The position numbers and the translations under genes are program-made. Positions 13,101 to 25,700 of a stretch of 64,000 nt of DNA are shown one piece after another. The notes under the pieces were generated by a model. The model did not search any database and was not told where the DNA came from. It saw only the letters and a list, made by a program, of their open reading frames with translations. How positions within the stretch are numbered: the stretch's first letter is position 1; the number at the start of each line of letters is the position of its first letter. Source of the DNA: Balanoglossus misakiensis (Eukaryota; Animalia; Hemichordata); the NCBI GenBank assembly GCA_040954595.2, contig CM082583.2:8728254-8792253 (forward strand). Reading direction: 5' to 3'.

Positions 13101-14313
13101 CTACCTTGATAACACTTACCAACGTGAACTAGAACCATTTATTAAACACAAATACGTAGTGTATCCAAACTTACGTAGTGTACACGGAAAAAAAGTACCT
13201 GGAAGCACAAATTGGCAATTCCTTCTTACCTGTACGTGTTCAGAGTATCAAACATGAAGTAGATCACAGTACTTGCAGATATTCCCATTGACACGAACAT
13301 GATGACTGGAATAAAGAAAAAAAACCGCACATACATCACAGTTGTCAGTCTTTGCCATGTCTGAACCTGGTGTTGCGCCCAGTGTTGTACACGTTGTGTA
13401 AACTACTGTCCTCTTTACGGCACCAACCACTAGTCTCGGTTACCCAGACCCCTCTGCTTCTTCCGCTCCTTTTCTGGAGCGCAGCCAAAGAAGCAGAGGG
13501 GTCTGGGTAACCGAGACTAGAATACTTACCGTCTATTTGTTTCGCTATCCTTTTCCAAGTTTCGAATTCATTTTTGTGTTTACTCTGCTGCACGTAGAAA
13601 TCCAGTTGGTGGAACTGTTCATAGATTTCTATGGACGCATTTCGTAAAGTTGGGATTTCCATAACTGTGAACTGATGTAAGCAAAACATTTAGTCAGTAA
13701 CGTCAGAGTGATTTTTTTTAGCAAAGTCACATATTGTATCGCAGCATGGAGCTATGTATTGCAGTCAAGTTGAACTTGAGTTCAGCGTAATATGGCTGAA
13801 ACGTCAGTCGCCATGTTTACCTGATAGATCAGCATGACTGACACGGTCAACGTTCCCAGCATCCTTGTCGAATACTTGAAACCGGGCACTGACCTATAGA
13901 GGCAGCCCTTTAGCTTGCTGCCAATAAAGCCACAGTATTTTTCTCGCCAACCAACTTCTTCCGACTGCCATGCTCTGCGTTTTGTATTTGAACTGTCCAT
14001 ATTTCTACAGTACATACATTTAAAAACGTATGATGGAAAATTGTATATGGTGCGAATTTAGTGTAAGGGGTAAATCACGTTGCTTGTTAGGTAAAAGCAC
14101 AATTAAGTATTCACCGTAAATTCACTCGAAACGTGTTCAGGTATAAAAGCATATGGCGTTTTTGAACAGTATCTTTGACATTACCTTCTTTTTGCGAGTA
14201 GATGTCGAACGTAGGTTCCACACGAGCGGTCCCTCACTGGTTTATATTCATCCTGAAATATATTACATGTATACGATAATTATACTAGACTAAGTACATA
14301 ACTGTTTGCCACA

Positions 14314-14380
<67 letters not shown>

Positions 14381-14887
14381 TGTGTTTGTGTGTATGTATG
14401 TATGTATGTATGTATGTATGTATGTATGTATGTATGTATGTATGTATGTATGTATGTATGTATGTATGTATGTATGTATGTATGTATGTATGTATGTATG
14501 TATGTATGTATGTATGTATGTATGTATGTATGTATGTATGTATGTATGTATGTATGTATGTATGTATGTATGTATGTATGTTATCTTCGACATTATAGTA
14601 CATGTACAAACCTGTCTGGGACGCAGATGACAGAGACACATCAGCTCCTGGCACACGACGAAGAAAAACCTCAGACAAACTATCGACGAGCAAATCATAA
14701 CGGGAAGAAACGACGCCCAAAATTCGTAGAGGGCGCTGGTGCCAGTGATATCCTGTGGTAGTTGGAGGGAGAAATTATCGCTTGGGAGTTTAATCAAAAG
14801 ACCATTGTGAAATGATCAATGCTAAAAATGTCGCTTGTCTGTGTGTGTGTCATTCTGTTTGTGTGTTTGTGTGTGTGGCTGTTTGTT

Positions 14888-14932
<45 letters not shown>

Positions 14933-17476
14933 GTCTGTCTGTCTCTCTGTCTGCCTGTCAATGTACAACTGTAGTGCTTGGTGGAAAGTCAGTTCGCGAC
15001 TGCCAGGGCATACAATGTAATAAGAATATTCGGTTACCAAAATATGCCCTAATGTGTCGGCAATGAGAAAGGCAACAACTTACGACGTTGTGAGGGCATT
15101 CAATCGCTTCGACGGTAACTATGGCGACGTGAAAAAGCGAGTAGAACAAGCCGAGAAGCGACCTCAGGAGTCGATTGGAGTCACCGACGCAGGCAAACGA
15201 GGGGTAACACAGCAACACAACCACAGAGACGTTAACGGCTGTCATGAAGACTAGGGTAGCGAGGAGAGAATAACGCCATGGGTTACGTTACATTCATGCA
15301 TTCCCAGTAGAGTGGTGATGGTAGGGGGTGGGGTTAATGGAATAAACAAGTCTACTGAGTAGGGGCGGCGGGTTAAAAAGACGGGCAGAGGGGGCATGAT
15401 TCTTTGAAACGTCATACTATAACCCTAAACGTATTTTCTGTGCTATGAAGCTCTGAGTGAGATATCAACCACAAATACAATTGGGAGAAAGTCATTATAC
15501 GACCGGTGCAATCTAATAATCGAATGTTTGATCTAGTCTGTCTACAAGCAGAGTTTCTAGACTAAGTCAAACAGAACGTAATAGTCTTATTTATATTTGT
15601 TTATTTGCCTTGTTAATTCGCCGACCTTTAACGATAATAGTCCTTATTAGATGTCATATTACTAAATAATGCATAATGGCATCAATCATTTTGTAAACAG
15701 ATGGGCAATATATTTTTCGTATTTTCATTTAGACAGAAATATTTCTTTTTTTTTGTCGTGTACCGAAAAATAATAATGTGCGCTTTTTTGTTGTGTTATA
15801 CCTATAAATTCACTAAATGAGGATATTTTTCGCGAGAAACCATTTGTCTAATTAGACCTCATGGCCTCCTTGACTACTGAGGCGGAAAAAAAATAATTCA
15901 TATCGAGTTCGGAGTTTCAATGACTGCTGCGACATCGCTCCTTGTACAGATGCCATCATCACAATGGATGAAGCTAAGCATGCAATCATAAGACACAAAG
16001 GGGTAAAGTGATACGTTGCAAATGCGATTGAAGGCATATACCGTGGACGAGTTCCTCTATATATAACTGACCATATACATGACGTCACAATCCTATGTGA
16101 AAGTTGTGCTCACACATTTAGTAATTATAGTACAGTATAATGATAATTAACCCATTAGCCACGAGTAGATGTCTACCCGGGTTGGCTGTTGCAAAGACTC
16201 AGAGTTATTTTTGGTGGGCTAGTTGTACGCATATGATCTGTGTCGACGATAGTTTTAGAATATCGCTTTGCTTTGAGATGCTGTAGGGGGCAACATTACG
16301 CATGGAGACTGGTACCAAATGATAAAATCGTGAGATGAAACACAAGCAAGCGATTAAACGGCATTGCCCTACCGTCCGCCCAAACTGGCAACTGTGATAT
16401 GGAAATGAACGAGCGTCCATTTAGAAGGCTAAGCGCGTCTGACGCGGTCATTCCGAAGGCTGCCAAGTGTCCAATGCGGTTGTCGTGGTCGTCCAACAGG
16501 TTGACAGGTCTGAAGGTAGAGCAGTACGTACGAGAGAACGGTCAAATAACGCTCCTTCAATGAATGCGATCAGTGGGATAGAAGTAGGTAGGCTGGCAGG
16601 TAGGAAGGTGGACCGATGTAGCTATAGAGTGCAGTATATATATGGATGGATGTGTGGAAGGGTGTATGGCTGAGAACAGACGGATGGATGGATGGATGGA
16701 TCTCATGCACGAATGACACTTACATTGGAAAAGTCGGTCTTCCACTGCAAGCTTGCGTACAAACATTCTTCCTCTTTTCAAGCAGTGACAACAGTAAGAT
16801 GACTGCTATCTGTGGGGGGAAATGGATCTTGTATATTTTTTGCGTTTGTTATTTTAACTTGTATCTGTAAAGAGGCGTGCACCAGGCAGGTGGTTCTATG
16901 CAAAAGGGACTTTGGTATAGACAGGTTTCCAGATTAGATAGGGTTCGGTTAAGACGGGTTTTACTGTATAACTATTTTTTCGCTTACCGCCACGGGCATC
17001 CGAATCTCACATGTGATTTCCGTGTGGCTACCGAGAAAGCAGGTCGTTTCGTTAGACGAGGATCTGAAATGAAAATGAACGTGGAGGAGGTGAACATGTT
17101 TGCAGCCCTTTTCAACACTTTGATGTATTCGAACTCTCTCCGGAGGGCGGCCAGTAACATTGAAGCAAGAGCGTCAAAAAAGTTACCTCGTCTGTTGCTC
17201 TTCGGGTGCGCCCTCCGGAAACCAATCGGGGGCGTTTTCGGTGTAATCCATGACGCCTCTTTCCAATGCCGAACAGTGGTCGTCGTGACTTGAGTCCGAA
17301 TCGTTGAACCCCGGGGGGAACATGAAGATGCACTCCAGGGAATGGCGCATTTCAACGATGAACATATCATAGAACGTGTTCTTAATGTCCATGAAACCAG
17401 AGAAGGAGAGATACAGCAGGATGACGAAAAAGTAGTCCGTCAGGTATGTCTTCAACCCCTTCAGTAGGTAGAACAT
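10182..17476 (-). CDS. STRA6L: STRA6-like / RBP-receptor family multipass membrane protein, paralogue A, about 747 aa, 17 coding exons
   Basis: Exons 17476-17187, 17063-16988, 16809-16724, 16509-16373, 15250-15084, 14752-14612, 14252-14185, 14004-13821, 13671-13530, 13305-13230, 12885-12810, 12634-12586, 12447-12330, 12114-12013, 11864-11701, 10779-10660 and 10429-10182 give an uninterrupted frame of 2244 nt. STRA6-family motifs: LLEKR..C..C.GRP.FP.PVNLL; YPSFAC; YR..PGFKYSTRML; KYSGYQIGF; AIDNRR; GRLDRS..LDPGYRAYVGFL..E..H.HPVLVTFC; and the CaM-binding-type RNRWLVAYTLARNPIL. Confidence 0.92.
10782..10807. repeat. (AAC)n short microsatellite
   Basis: acaacaacaacaacaacatcaacaac, adjacent to a STRA6-like acceptor site. 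Confidence 0.8.
12920..13063. repeat. Polypurine (GA/GGGAAAAGAGAGAG) low-complexity tract
   Basis: Almost pure A/G tract with an internal ~38-nt duplication. It produces the spurious ERER and LSLS ORFs. Confidence 0.9.
13433..13517. mobile_element. 85-bp palindromic MITE-like hairpin flanked by TA
   Basis: Perfect 30-bp inverted arms GTCTCGGTTACCCAGACCCCTCTGCTTCTT / AAGAAGCAGAGGGGTCTGGGTAACCGAGAC, with TA on both sides. It lies in intron 9 of STRA6-like A. Confidence 0.75.
14317..14580. repeat. Compound (TG)n-(TATG)n microsatellite
   Basis: TG run from about 14317-14392, followed by about 47 TATG units. Confidence 0.97.
14836..14957. repeat. (TG)/(TC)/(TCTG) compound simple repeat
   Basis: Degenerate dinucleotide and tetranucleotide repeats in an intron of STRA6-like A. 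Confidence 0.85.
16911..16968. repeat. Short interspersed repeat, copy 1 (probable DNA-transposon end)
   Basis: TTTGGTrTAGACAGGTTTCCAGATTAGAyAGGGTTCrGTT...CTGTA is shared with 19896-19956. It ends in CTG-TA, like a CAG-terminated, TA-target element. Confidence 0.6.
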
Positions 17477-19710
17477 TGTCGCAGCTTGGTTGGAATTAAT
17501 CTGCAGTTGGAAAATATTTTTTTTTAAGAATTAAAGTCGTTACAACTTGACGTTTGCGAAATTAATTTAAATGAGTACAAGATCTATCGGAGTACCGTTG
17601 AAAGTCGGTATATAAAATAAATAAATGACGACGAGCATTTTAAAAAAAATATTTTCGTGTAACTCATTAATTTTTAAGGACAAATACCAGGGTTTCGTTA
17701 ATAATACACACGTCGTAGATCTAGCTGAGATGTCATTGGTGAAAATATGAAAAGAGTCGCGCATTTGATCACGTGAACAAGTAATTTTACAAAACCATTT
17801 TGTTCGTCTTATTCATGTTTATCGGCCCATGCTGATATCTTTTATTGTCGTTATTTTTCCTTTGGTTTGATCACCGTGACAACAAAAAATACATGAACGC
17901 AATGCAGCGACACGACAATAACTTCACAATATTTGTTTTTAATTCCAGTCTGTAATCCGTTTCCTTTCCCAGGTCTCCTTCCTATTTGATATCACTGATC
18001 CATGCATGTCTCCCACTTGTTAATTAAGAATACAAGTTTTCGTATTAATTTATCACCTGCGAATTTCCAAGGAAAATTACGACAGTTCTCATGGAAGGAC
18101 ACCGAAGACTTTTTTGACGAGTTTTTATCCTAGACCTGAGCTATGCTATCACTCGAAATCGATTAATTGAAATTTGATTTCGCGGAAAGACCTTTTCTTG
18201 GCTATAAATTCCACGACTAAACACGATGTTCTTCATTGCCTCCGGTTCGTCATCGACCAGCGTCCATCATGAAAATTGGTGTCGTTGAATGCGGACTCGC
18301 GAAAGAGATGTAATTAACGGGTTATAAATTGCGTTGCTTCTCGTGGTTTTGCATGGGTTACATTGCCATAAGTCTTGTTGACTTCAAAAGTCATAGAGTT
18401 ATCTTACTCACCTGAAATTCCTTGGCAGTTGTAACTTCGTTTGATCTTGGAATAAAAAACCGACGACAGCGCGAACGAATGCTCACTTATCCAAGCTGGA
18501 ATTGATAGGGCATTCATGCATATCAATATGTTAATCCAGTGTATTTGGTCTCCGTAACCAAGACAACAAGGTCAATCCCTATTATTAGGTGAACTGATCG
18601 TCATTAACTATTTAATGTTTGTTGGATTAATTTCGACAACACAATCTCTCAACTTTTTTTTCGTTCAGCTTGGTGTTGAGGTGTATACATAGATGCCGAG
18701 TGTCTAAAAGTGTTCATAAAAGGTTATCCTAAAACTTGGAACCAAATTTAGTTCGATCCCCAACTGATTAATGTCAAACAAATTCCCAGACATAATAAGA
18801 CACGGCCGTGCCATGACCCCAAGTGTTGTCGTGAGAGCAATTAGAAACTTATTAGCATATTGTTATGGAAACTAATAGTATGCGACTCCGGTTAAGCACC
18901 TGTAAATAACACATGCCCCTTTAACCCAGATGTTATATCTTGACCCTGACTTGTTTTTCTTACACTTGAAGCATGTGATATGATATGTTGTAGTTGAAAA
19001 AATATTTATATTTTTTCCAAGGAGTGTGCCACTGCAGCTGAAGTAGTTCGTCTCTAATCAAAGCCCCAAAACAGATTCTTGCTTATATGTTGACTTTAGA
19101 GAAATTATTTAAGAATTCCACTTATGTATTCTTGGCTCTGTGTTTTTATACATCAAACAATTGCATTTCTGGGGGCCATAGACAATATAGTCATTGGTAG
19201 CTTCGCGCACACGGGTTAATTTCATTACATGTAGATTGCAAACAGCGCCCTCTGATGCGTTTTCCCGAGGTCAAAGGTTACGAGGACATTTTCAGACATG
19301 GAAAATACTGGAGCCAGGAAGAGATGAGACAGGGCTGTCTTTTCTAAGCTATTATGTAAGTAAAGCTAGCAAAATCTGTTTAATATTGTCCAACTGACAC
19401 ATCAAAGTACGTTTAACGTTATACGATGGCGATATTCCATATATTACTGAGACAGCAGTGCTTTGTTTATCGGCTGCTACGCTACGCGGACGCTATGTCT
19501 GCGATGTCATGGTTGCCATCGCCAGTGCCAATGTCATGGCCGTTGTACATGTAAAGCCTTGCTGCGAGGTTTTGCCTTGGTTTAGATACATACATGTTGT
19601 TGTGACTCTTCCATGTGTTTTGTGTTCCCCTGCAGATTGAGGGCTTCAGTTGAACCGTGAGCTACAACATTCAACAGCCAACCAGTGTTGTCTGCCAAGC
19701 ATTCTCTAGA

Positions 19711-22700
19711 ATGATGGCTCACATCCTCAACCCGCAGTTGAACCCCAAGGTTCCGTCGGTGGGAGCCATGTTTGAGAATGGTATACCGAGCATAGAGACC
19801 TTACAGGCAGTAATCAAAGATATTGACCAGCAGTTGGATGACAACGCAAACAGGTACCATACAGTTGCTTATATTAACTCATTCAGGAAAGGGTGTTTGG
19901 TGTAGACAGGTTTCCAGATTAGACAGGGTTCAGTTTAGGCAGTTTTTTTTTCTGTATTTGCATTAACCCTCACTGTGTCACATCCCCAGCTTGGAAGAAA
20001 AGATGCATATCATTATGGAAGCCACCAATGACATGTCAGGCAATCTGTACATCAGTCCACGAGAGGCGGTTGAACAACTCAACCAGTGTGCGTTGATGGA
20101 ACGGGCGGCCTGCATGCCGCCGGAACCCGAAGATGTCTCAAGACTCCTCAGAAAAATTGTAAGTACATTATACACAGATTTAAATCATTTCTGCTGTAAA
20201 AGATTAAGTTTTATGGTTATGTGGACAGCCATGTCAACAATGCAAGCAACATAATTGGTGATTCAGCATAGTATGTTACATACCTTTTCTTGTGTGGTGC
20301 GTTTTTTCCCTGCAGCTTCAGACTCTGGCCAAATATCCCGGCTGCGAAGAGGACATCTTCCGGAACCTGCTCAAGTTGTCGTCTCACGAAGGCATAGCCA
20401 TTCCCATCCGGGCGGCGCCGTCCGAACTCGGGTCGGAGTCGACCGTCTCCATCAACGCCGTCACCGACAACGCGGAGGAGATGAACGAGGCCCTGTGGGA
20501 CGACATCCGGCTGAGGCTGCGGAGGTCCTTCTACGAGAAGCTGCAGGCGCTACCGGTGACGTCGAATCCGGAGTCCGGCGGGGACTACAGGCGCAGGAGG
20601 GTGGAGTACCTACAGAGCCTGTGCGTCTTGTATCCGTTCGAGGAGGTGTGGCGGAGGTACCGATCGATTCGAGTGCAGCAGTTCGAGTGCATCCTGAGCG
20701 ACAATCTCCCGAAACCCGAAGCGGACGAAGAGCAGGAGATCAAACTCGGCGAAGTCGCGCCGGCTTTCTGCCGCGTCGCCGAGGGCGTGAAGTGTATGAT
20801 CAGCGACGATTACGAAGTCCTCATGTCGGGCGTCTTCAACAACTCCGTGGAGACCTTCGCGGCGATCCAGGAGATGTACCTCGACCGGCTGTCGTTGACC
20901 GTCGGTGACGTCGTCGACAGAGTGTGGATTGTGCTGTCGCAAGGAGTCGGTCAGAGCCGCGAGGGCAGCCTGCAGAACGGTACGGCCGTCAGGACCAGCG
21001 GCACAAACGGTCCGACCGCCAAGGATGAAGGCGGGGAAGGACATGAAGGTTTGTGGTCTTCAGTGTTTCTTTAGAGTTTTCTATTGATTTTCCACAAATA
21101 GATCTTCGTACTATGAGAGGCTTTACAATTAATGCTCCTGTCTCTCTTGATGTTCGTAGAAAGCAAGCTTTTCTCGCCTTCCGACATGGAATGCCTTGTG
21201 AGACTGATATCAGCTGTCAGTGGTGTAGATGCATTCGTGGACGACCATCACAGAATGGCCTCCTGGAGCCCTGTACTTGGCATCAAACCGAACAGAACTA
21301 AAGAAAGACTGAGAGGTACGTTTCTGCACATTTGCCCTTTGTGTAGTACTACGTCAGTCTACACATATATCTGTTACTTCACAGACCTCTTATATGTATC
21401 TAAATCTCTCCTCTTCTCTCTTTGACTGATGCTCGCAGGGGTTTTGAAACACAACATCCGAGACCACGACAAAGACAAGGCAGTTTACAGCAAAGAAAGG
21501 GAAAGCTACGCCGCCACCAAGTACGCTTTGCTTCCGGATGCTATCCCACCTCCGTTTGGTGTGACACAAGCCATGCTGGGAGAGGACAGCAGTCCGCCCG
21601 GCACTCCTCCGACCGTCCGGAAAATAGCCAGTCTTGTAAGTTGGTTTTCAGTGCTCAGATTGCAGCGATTGCATCTTAGATACATGTACATGTAGTAGCC
21701 ACTGATGTGTAGATGTTCACAAGTACATGTATCACCCAAGATTTATAAAAAAACTAAGACATTGAAATCATCCAGGATACACTGAATTGAACGTAGCCTG
21801 TGTGATTTCAAGTCTCGTTTTTTGACATTTCAGGACAAGCCCAAGTGGGAGTGGTGTGGTAGTTGTGAAAAGCTGATTCCATCGCTGGCGAAATCCTTGA
21901 CGGCGCTGGTCGATGCCACCACTCACAGGGCCTTGACAGAGCTCATCAAACTGTATGAGAACGAACATACAATAGAGATGGTACCAGTCTGTGGTGAGTT
22001 CAGCTTGATTAGTTATAATGTGGATAATCCAGTTAGCTCTAGCCCGATCAGCCAACTGTTGTGGCCAATTTTTAAGCCAGCTGTTTTCAGTTTGTGACCT
22101 TTCATTTTCAACATCATTGTTGACTTTAATCTTTTTTTTTTCATTTCCCTTTAGATGACCTGATTGGTGGCAAGGGTGATTATCCCAGGAGGATTGCTAA
22201 GGTTGGTGTTGCTGTCATTACACAAACATATATGTACGTGTATCATGCATGATGTTGGGTGTGCCTTGACAGTCCTTCCTACAGCGTTTACATGCGGACT
22301 TGTGTTTATGTGCTTCTTTTTATTTCCAGAGTTGTGCCACGGTCATAAAAACTCTGGATGGCCTCCTGCCATTGGCTGTTGCAGCATCTGACAGCATGTT
22401 TCAACAAATCAGATCGGCTTTCACAGAAGCCATTATTGGTAGCTTCAGACTTTTCTACGAAAAACTGACAAAGGTAGGGAGCTGTTGTAGTTATAAAATG
22501 TAGGTTTTGAGGACTTGGAAAACTTTCAGGAACAGTTATTAAGATTGTTACCATGAAATATATTTTCCTATGATGTTATGAAGGGATAACCCATACATGA
22601 TTTTTTACAATCAGTCCTATTCCTTTGCCTTTTAAACTTCAGATCAGTGGTGATGTTCCAGAGACCTCGCCCATTATATGTCTGTACATGACGCTTTCCA

Positions 22701-25700
22701 CTGCATCCTTCATCAGAAGCCATCTTGTGTATTACGAGAAAATTTTGGGTGAAGATTCCAGGTAAGGGAATCAGCCATTGTTGCCATTTCTGGTTTTAAA
22801 CTGTCTTCAGGTGGTACAGTACTACACATATGCATTCAGTACTTCATGCCTTCTGACTATAGTTATATTCCATATCTGCAGTGTCTTTGAAATGCAATTC
22901 AGAATATTTACATGTACATGTACTATGCTACTTTCATCATTATCAAATTTATATCATGGTGAAAACCACGCTGGCATAGATCGAAGTGTCTGAGGTGTGC
23001 CAGTCATTGAATTCTTGCCTGGTTTTATTTCGCAGACACGTTTTGTCCATCAACCAGAAGCTGTTTTCTGATCTCATCGACCTCATCTCAAGAAACATCA
23101 TGGAATATCAGAACCACATCATCGCCACTGTGGTCTTGCAGGATGCAGAGAGTCACAACTGGACTGACGCAAGGGCATTCTACGAAGTAAGTGAAACTGA
23201 TGAAAGCCAGTGAGCTGGCTGGAGGGAAGATATTTGGAGGGTTTTTTTTTGCAGCCGTGGGCAAACGCATCTTTTATTAGATCCGAATTTTGCCCTTATA
23301 TAGCAGAAGGGCCAATTAAGGATGATCTGAAGATGTTTTCACTGCCAGGGTCATTGAAAGGTCGAAACCATGATGGAAAATACGGCTCATAAATACTGTC
23401 CACCTGTCAGAAACGTTCTGATTGCCATGACTGTAATCAAAAATCGAACAATGAAAGTACTGAAGTGGAAAGCCGAGTATTTTTGTTGTTGATTATCATG
23501 ATTGTAATCGAGAGAGTCGACCGGCAGCAGAAGTGAAGCGGAAATTACAGCCAGATGTGCTGGTAATGAAAAATTGATTGTATTTCCCACAGGACGAGAG
23601 GTGCTCCTTCGCCGTTCAGATGTGGAACTATCACATACGGGGACTACAGCACGATTTATTCACGAACTGCCCCCCGCATCTGGCGCAGAGCATGTTCCTG
23701 TCCATTCTGAACGAGTCGCTCACCATTCTGGTGCAGAGGTACAGCAAGGCCAAGCCGTCGTACAACCGAGTGAAACAGCTACGGTAAGGAGTGAAGGCCC
23801 CATCACCCCCCCCCCACCCCCTCCTGCACAGTGTGAGGAATGGGAATGCACTGGAAAATGAAAAGTCCTGGTGCTTGTGGCTGTGGTGCTGTGTCCTCAG
23901 AGCAAGGCACTTGTCATTGCTTCCCCCTAGGATACATGCCATATAAGAACCCACTGTCATCATCATTAAAATTGTTTTGATTAGAAGTAGTAGGGGGCGT
24001 ACTGGTATTAGTACATTTGTAGTTGTCTTCTTGTTGTTGCTGTAAGTGGATGGGTGATGAAAAGAGACAATGACAGAAGATATGTGCAAAAAATAACTAA
24101 TTGCAGAAAAAGCATTTGAAAACATATAGCATGTTAATTTGAAACGCATCACTGGATTCTACATTCTGTAACTAGTACATGAGTATTGTCGTTGCGGTTT
24201 GAATACACGGATGGGTTCTAATGGCTACTGCAAGGTGCAGCATCACACAAATGCAACCCAAAAAATTAGAGCTTAAAGATTTCTTGTTCTGGGAGAGAGA
24301 CTGGTCCTTCTTTTTTAGTAAATTTACAAACCATTCTTGCCATTCATTTTTTTAGCGAATACTGCATGCAAATCAAACTCTGCTCGTTTTCAGATCCGAT
24401 GTCACCACCATTTTGCTGTCGACCAGCGATTTTCTCTGGTCGTGTTCGAATTCGGTCGGCAAGCTGTTGGACCCCGTGTCCAGCAACACGCACAGCTCCA
24501 TTCACAACTTGTGCACCTGTCTGCTGTCGACCATGGTTGTCGTGGCGTCGCCTCTCAACGACCTCTACAAAGCGTACAAGAAGGGGTTCCACAAAAAGAA
24601 GTCCTCGGCCTCCAGTGTCAGAGGTCCGGAGAAGGAGGGCCAAGGCCAGGGTCACATCACGCAGTGGATGTCATGGTTACGACCCGGCCTCTTTGAGGGA
24701 CAGCCCAAAAAGTAAGTACCTGATGGCTGACGTGATTAGAAAAAATAATCTGTTTAAAGAGAATTTTCCATATTATTGTGTCACATCTTGCAGGAATCTA
24801 CAATCTGTATATTTGAATTGAGGGAACAGTGCAAAAGATTTTGGTATAAATTTTGATTTAAAGGCCCTGATCAGATGGAGAAATAGGAAAATGGAATATT
24901 GTCTTCTCTGTTGTGTTTCAGCTTAGACAGTGTTCAAGACAAGATGGCTGCACACATTCTACTGAAGTTAGCATCTAGTCAACCGACACCAAACTTTGTA
25001 CTTGTATTACAGGTCTGTGTGCTAATATCTCTACTTATTTGTGTGGTAGACTTTATGTCTATACTTTCAGTAGTAGTTGTGATTGTCAGTGAATACAAGC
25101 TTCAAGAATAAAAATCGTGCAAAACTGAACATACATGTACAATGTAAGTAACATTATTTGTAATACATGTAATCTCTTTCAGGCACTGCTCATGAAGGAT
25201 GCTTTTCTACCAGTGTTTTTGGTGACCCATGCAGGTATTGTCAGTCCCTCAATCTGGTTGACTTTTTTTCTGTGGGATCATGTTGAATACTTGTGCATGT
25301 TGATGCAAACCAAATGTAATTTGAGGAGAAGCTCATCTATGAGAATAAGATCTGAGAATAATACATGTGAACATGTAAAAATGTGGTTTCTTTCAGATCC
25401 GACACAAAGCCAAGCGTCGACGGAGAGTCTGATATCGTCCGAGTCTGACCAGGGTTGTCAAGGAGTGTGTTGTCCCGGCAACAGCTGCGTGTCATTTGAG
25501 AGCCGAGATATCCCGGACTGCGTTCAGCCAATCGTTGACGTCTTGGTTCTCTGCAAGAATCAGCCCATCGCTTTAAGCAATGTTCTGATGGCTATGATTG
25601 AAAAGTAAGTGTGATGTTTTAGGGTGGTAAAGACACGCGGATTTCGATTGTCATGGAAACAAATTGGTGTTGTTTGTTGGAATGTATGTGCTCCACTGGG

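Noticed and set aside
12774-13257. ERER/LSLS-rich ORFs
   Set aside because: Translations of a polypurine tract. Only 12885-12810 and 13305-13230 are real exons.
14280-15066. YVCM/HTYI repeat ORFs
   Set aside because: Microsatellite translations. Only 14752-14612 is exonic.
20255-21044. 217-aa alternative-frame and 144-aa antisense ORFs
   Set aside because: By-products of the GC-rich KIAA0825 exon 3.
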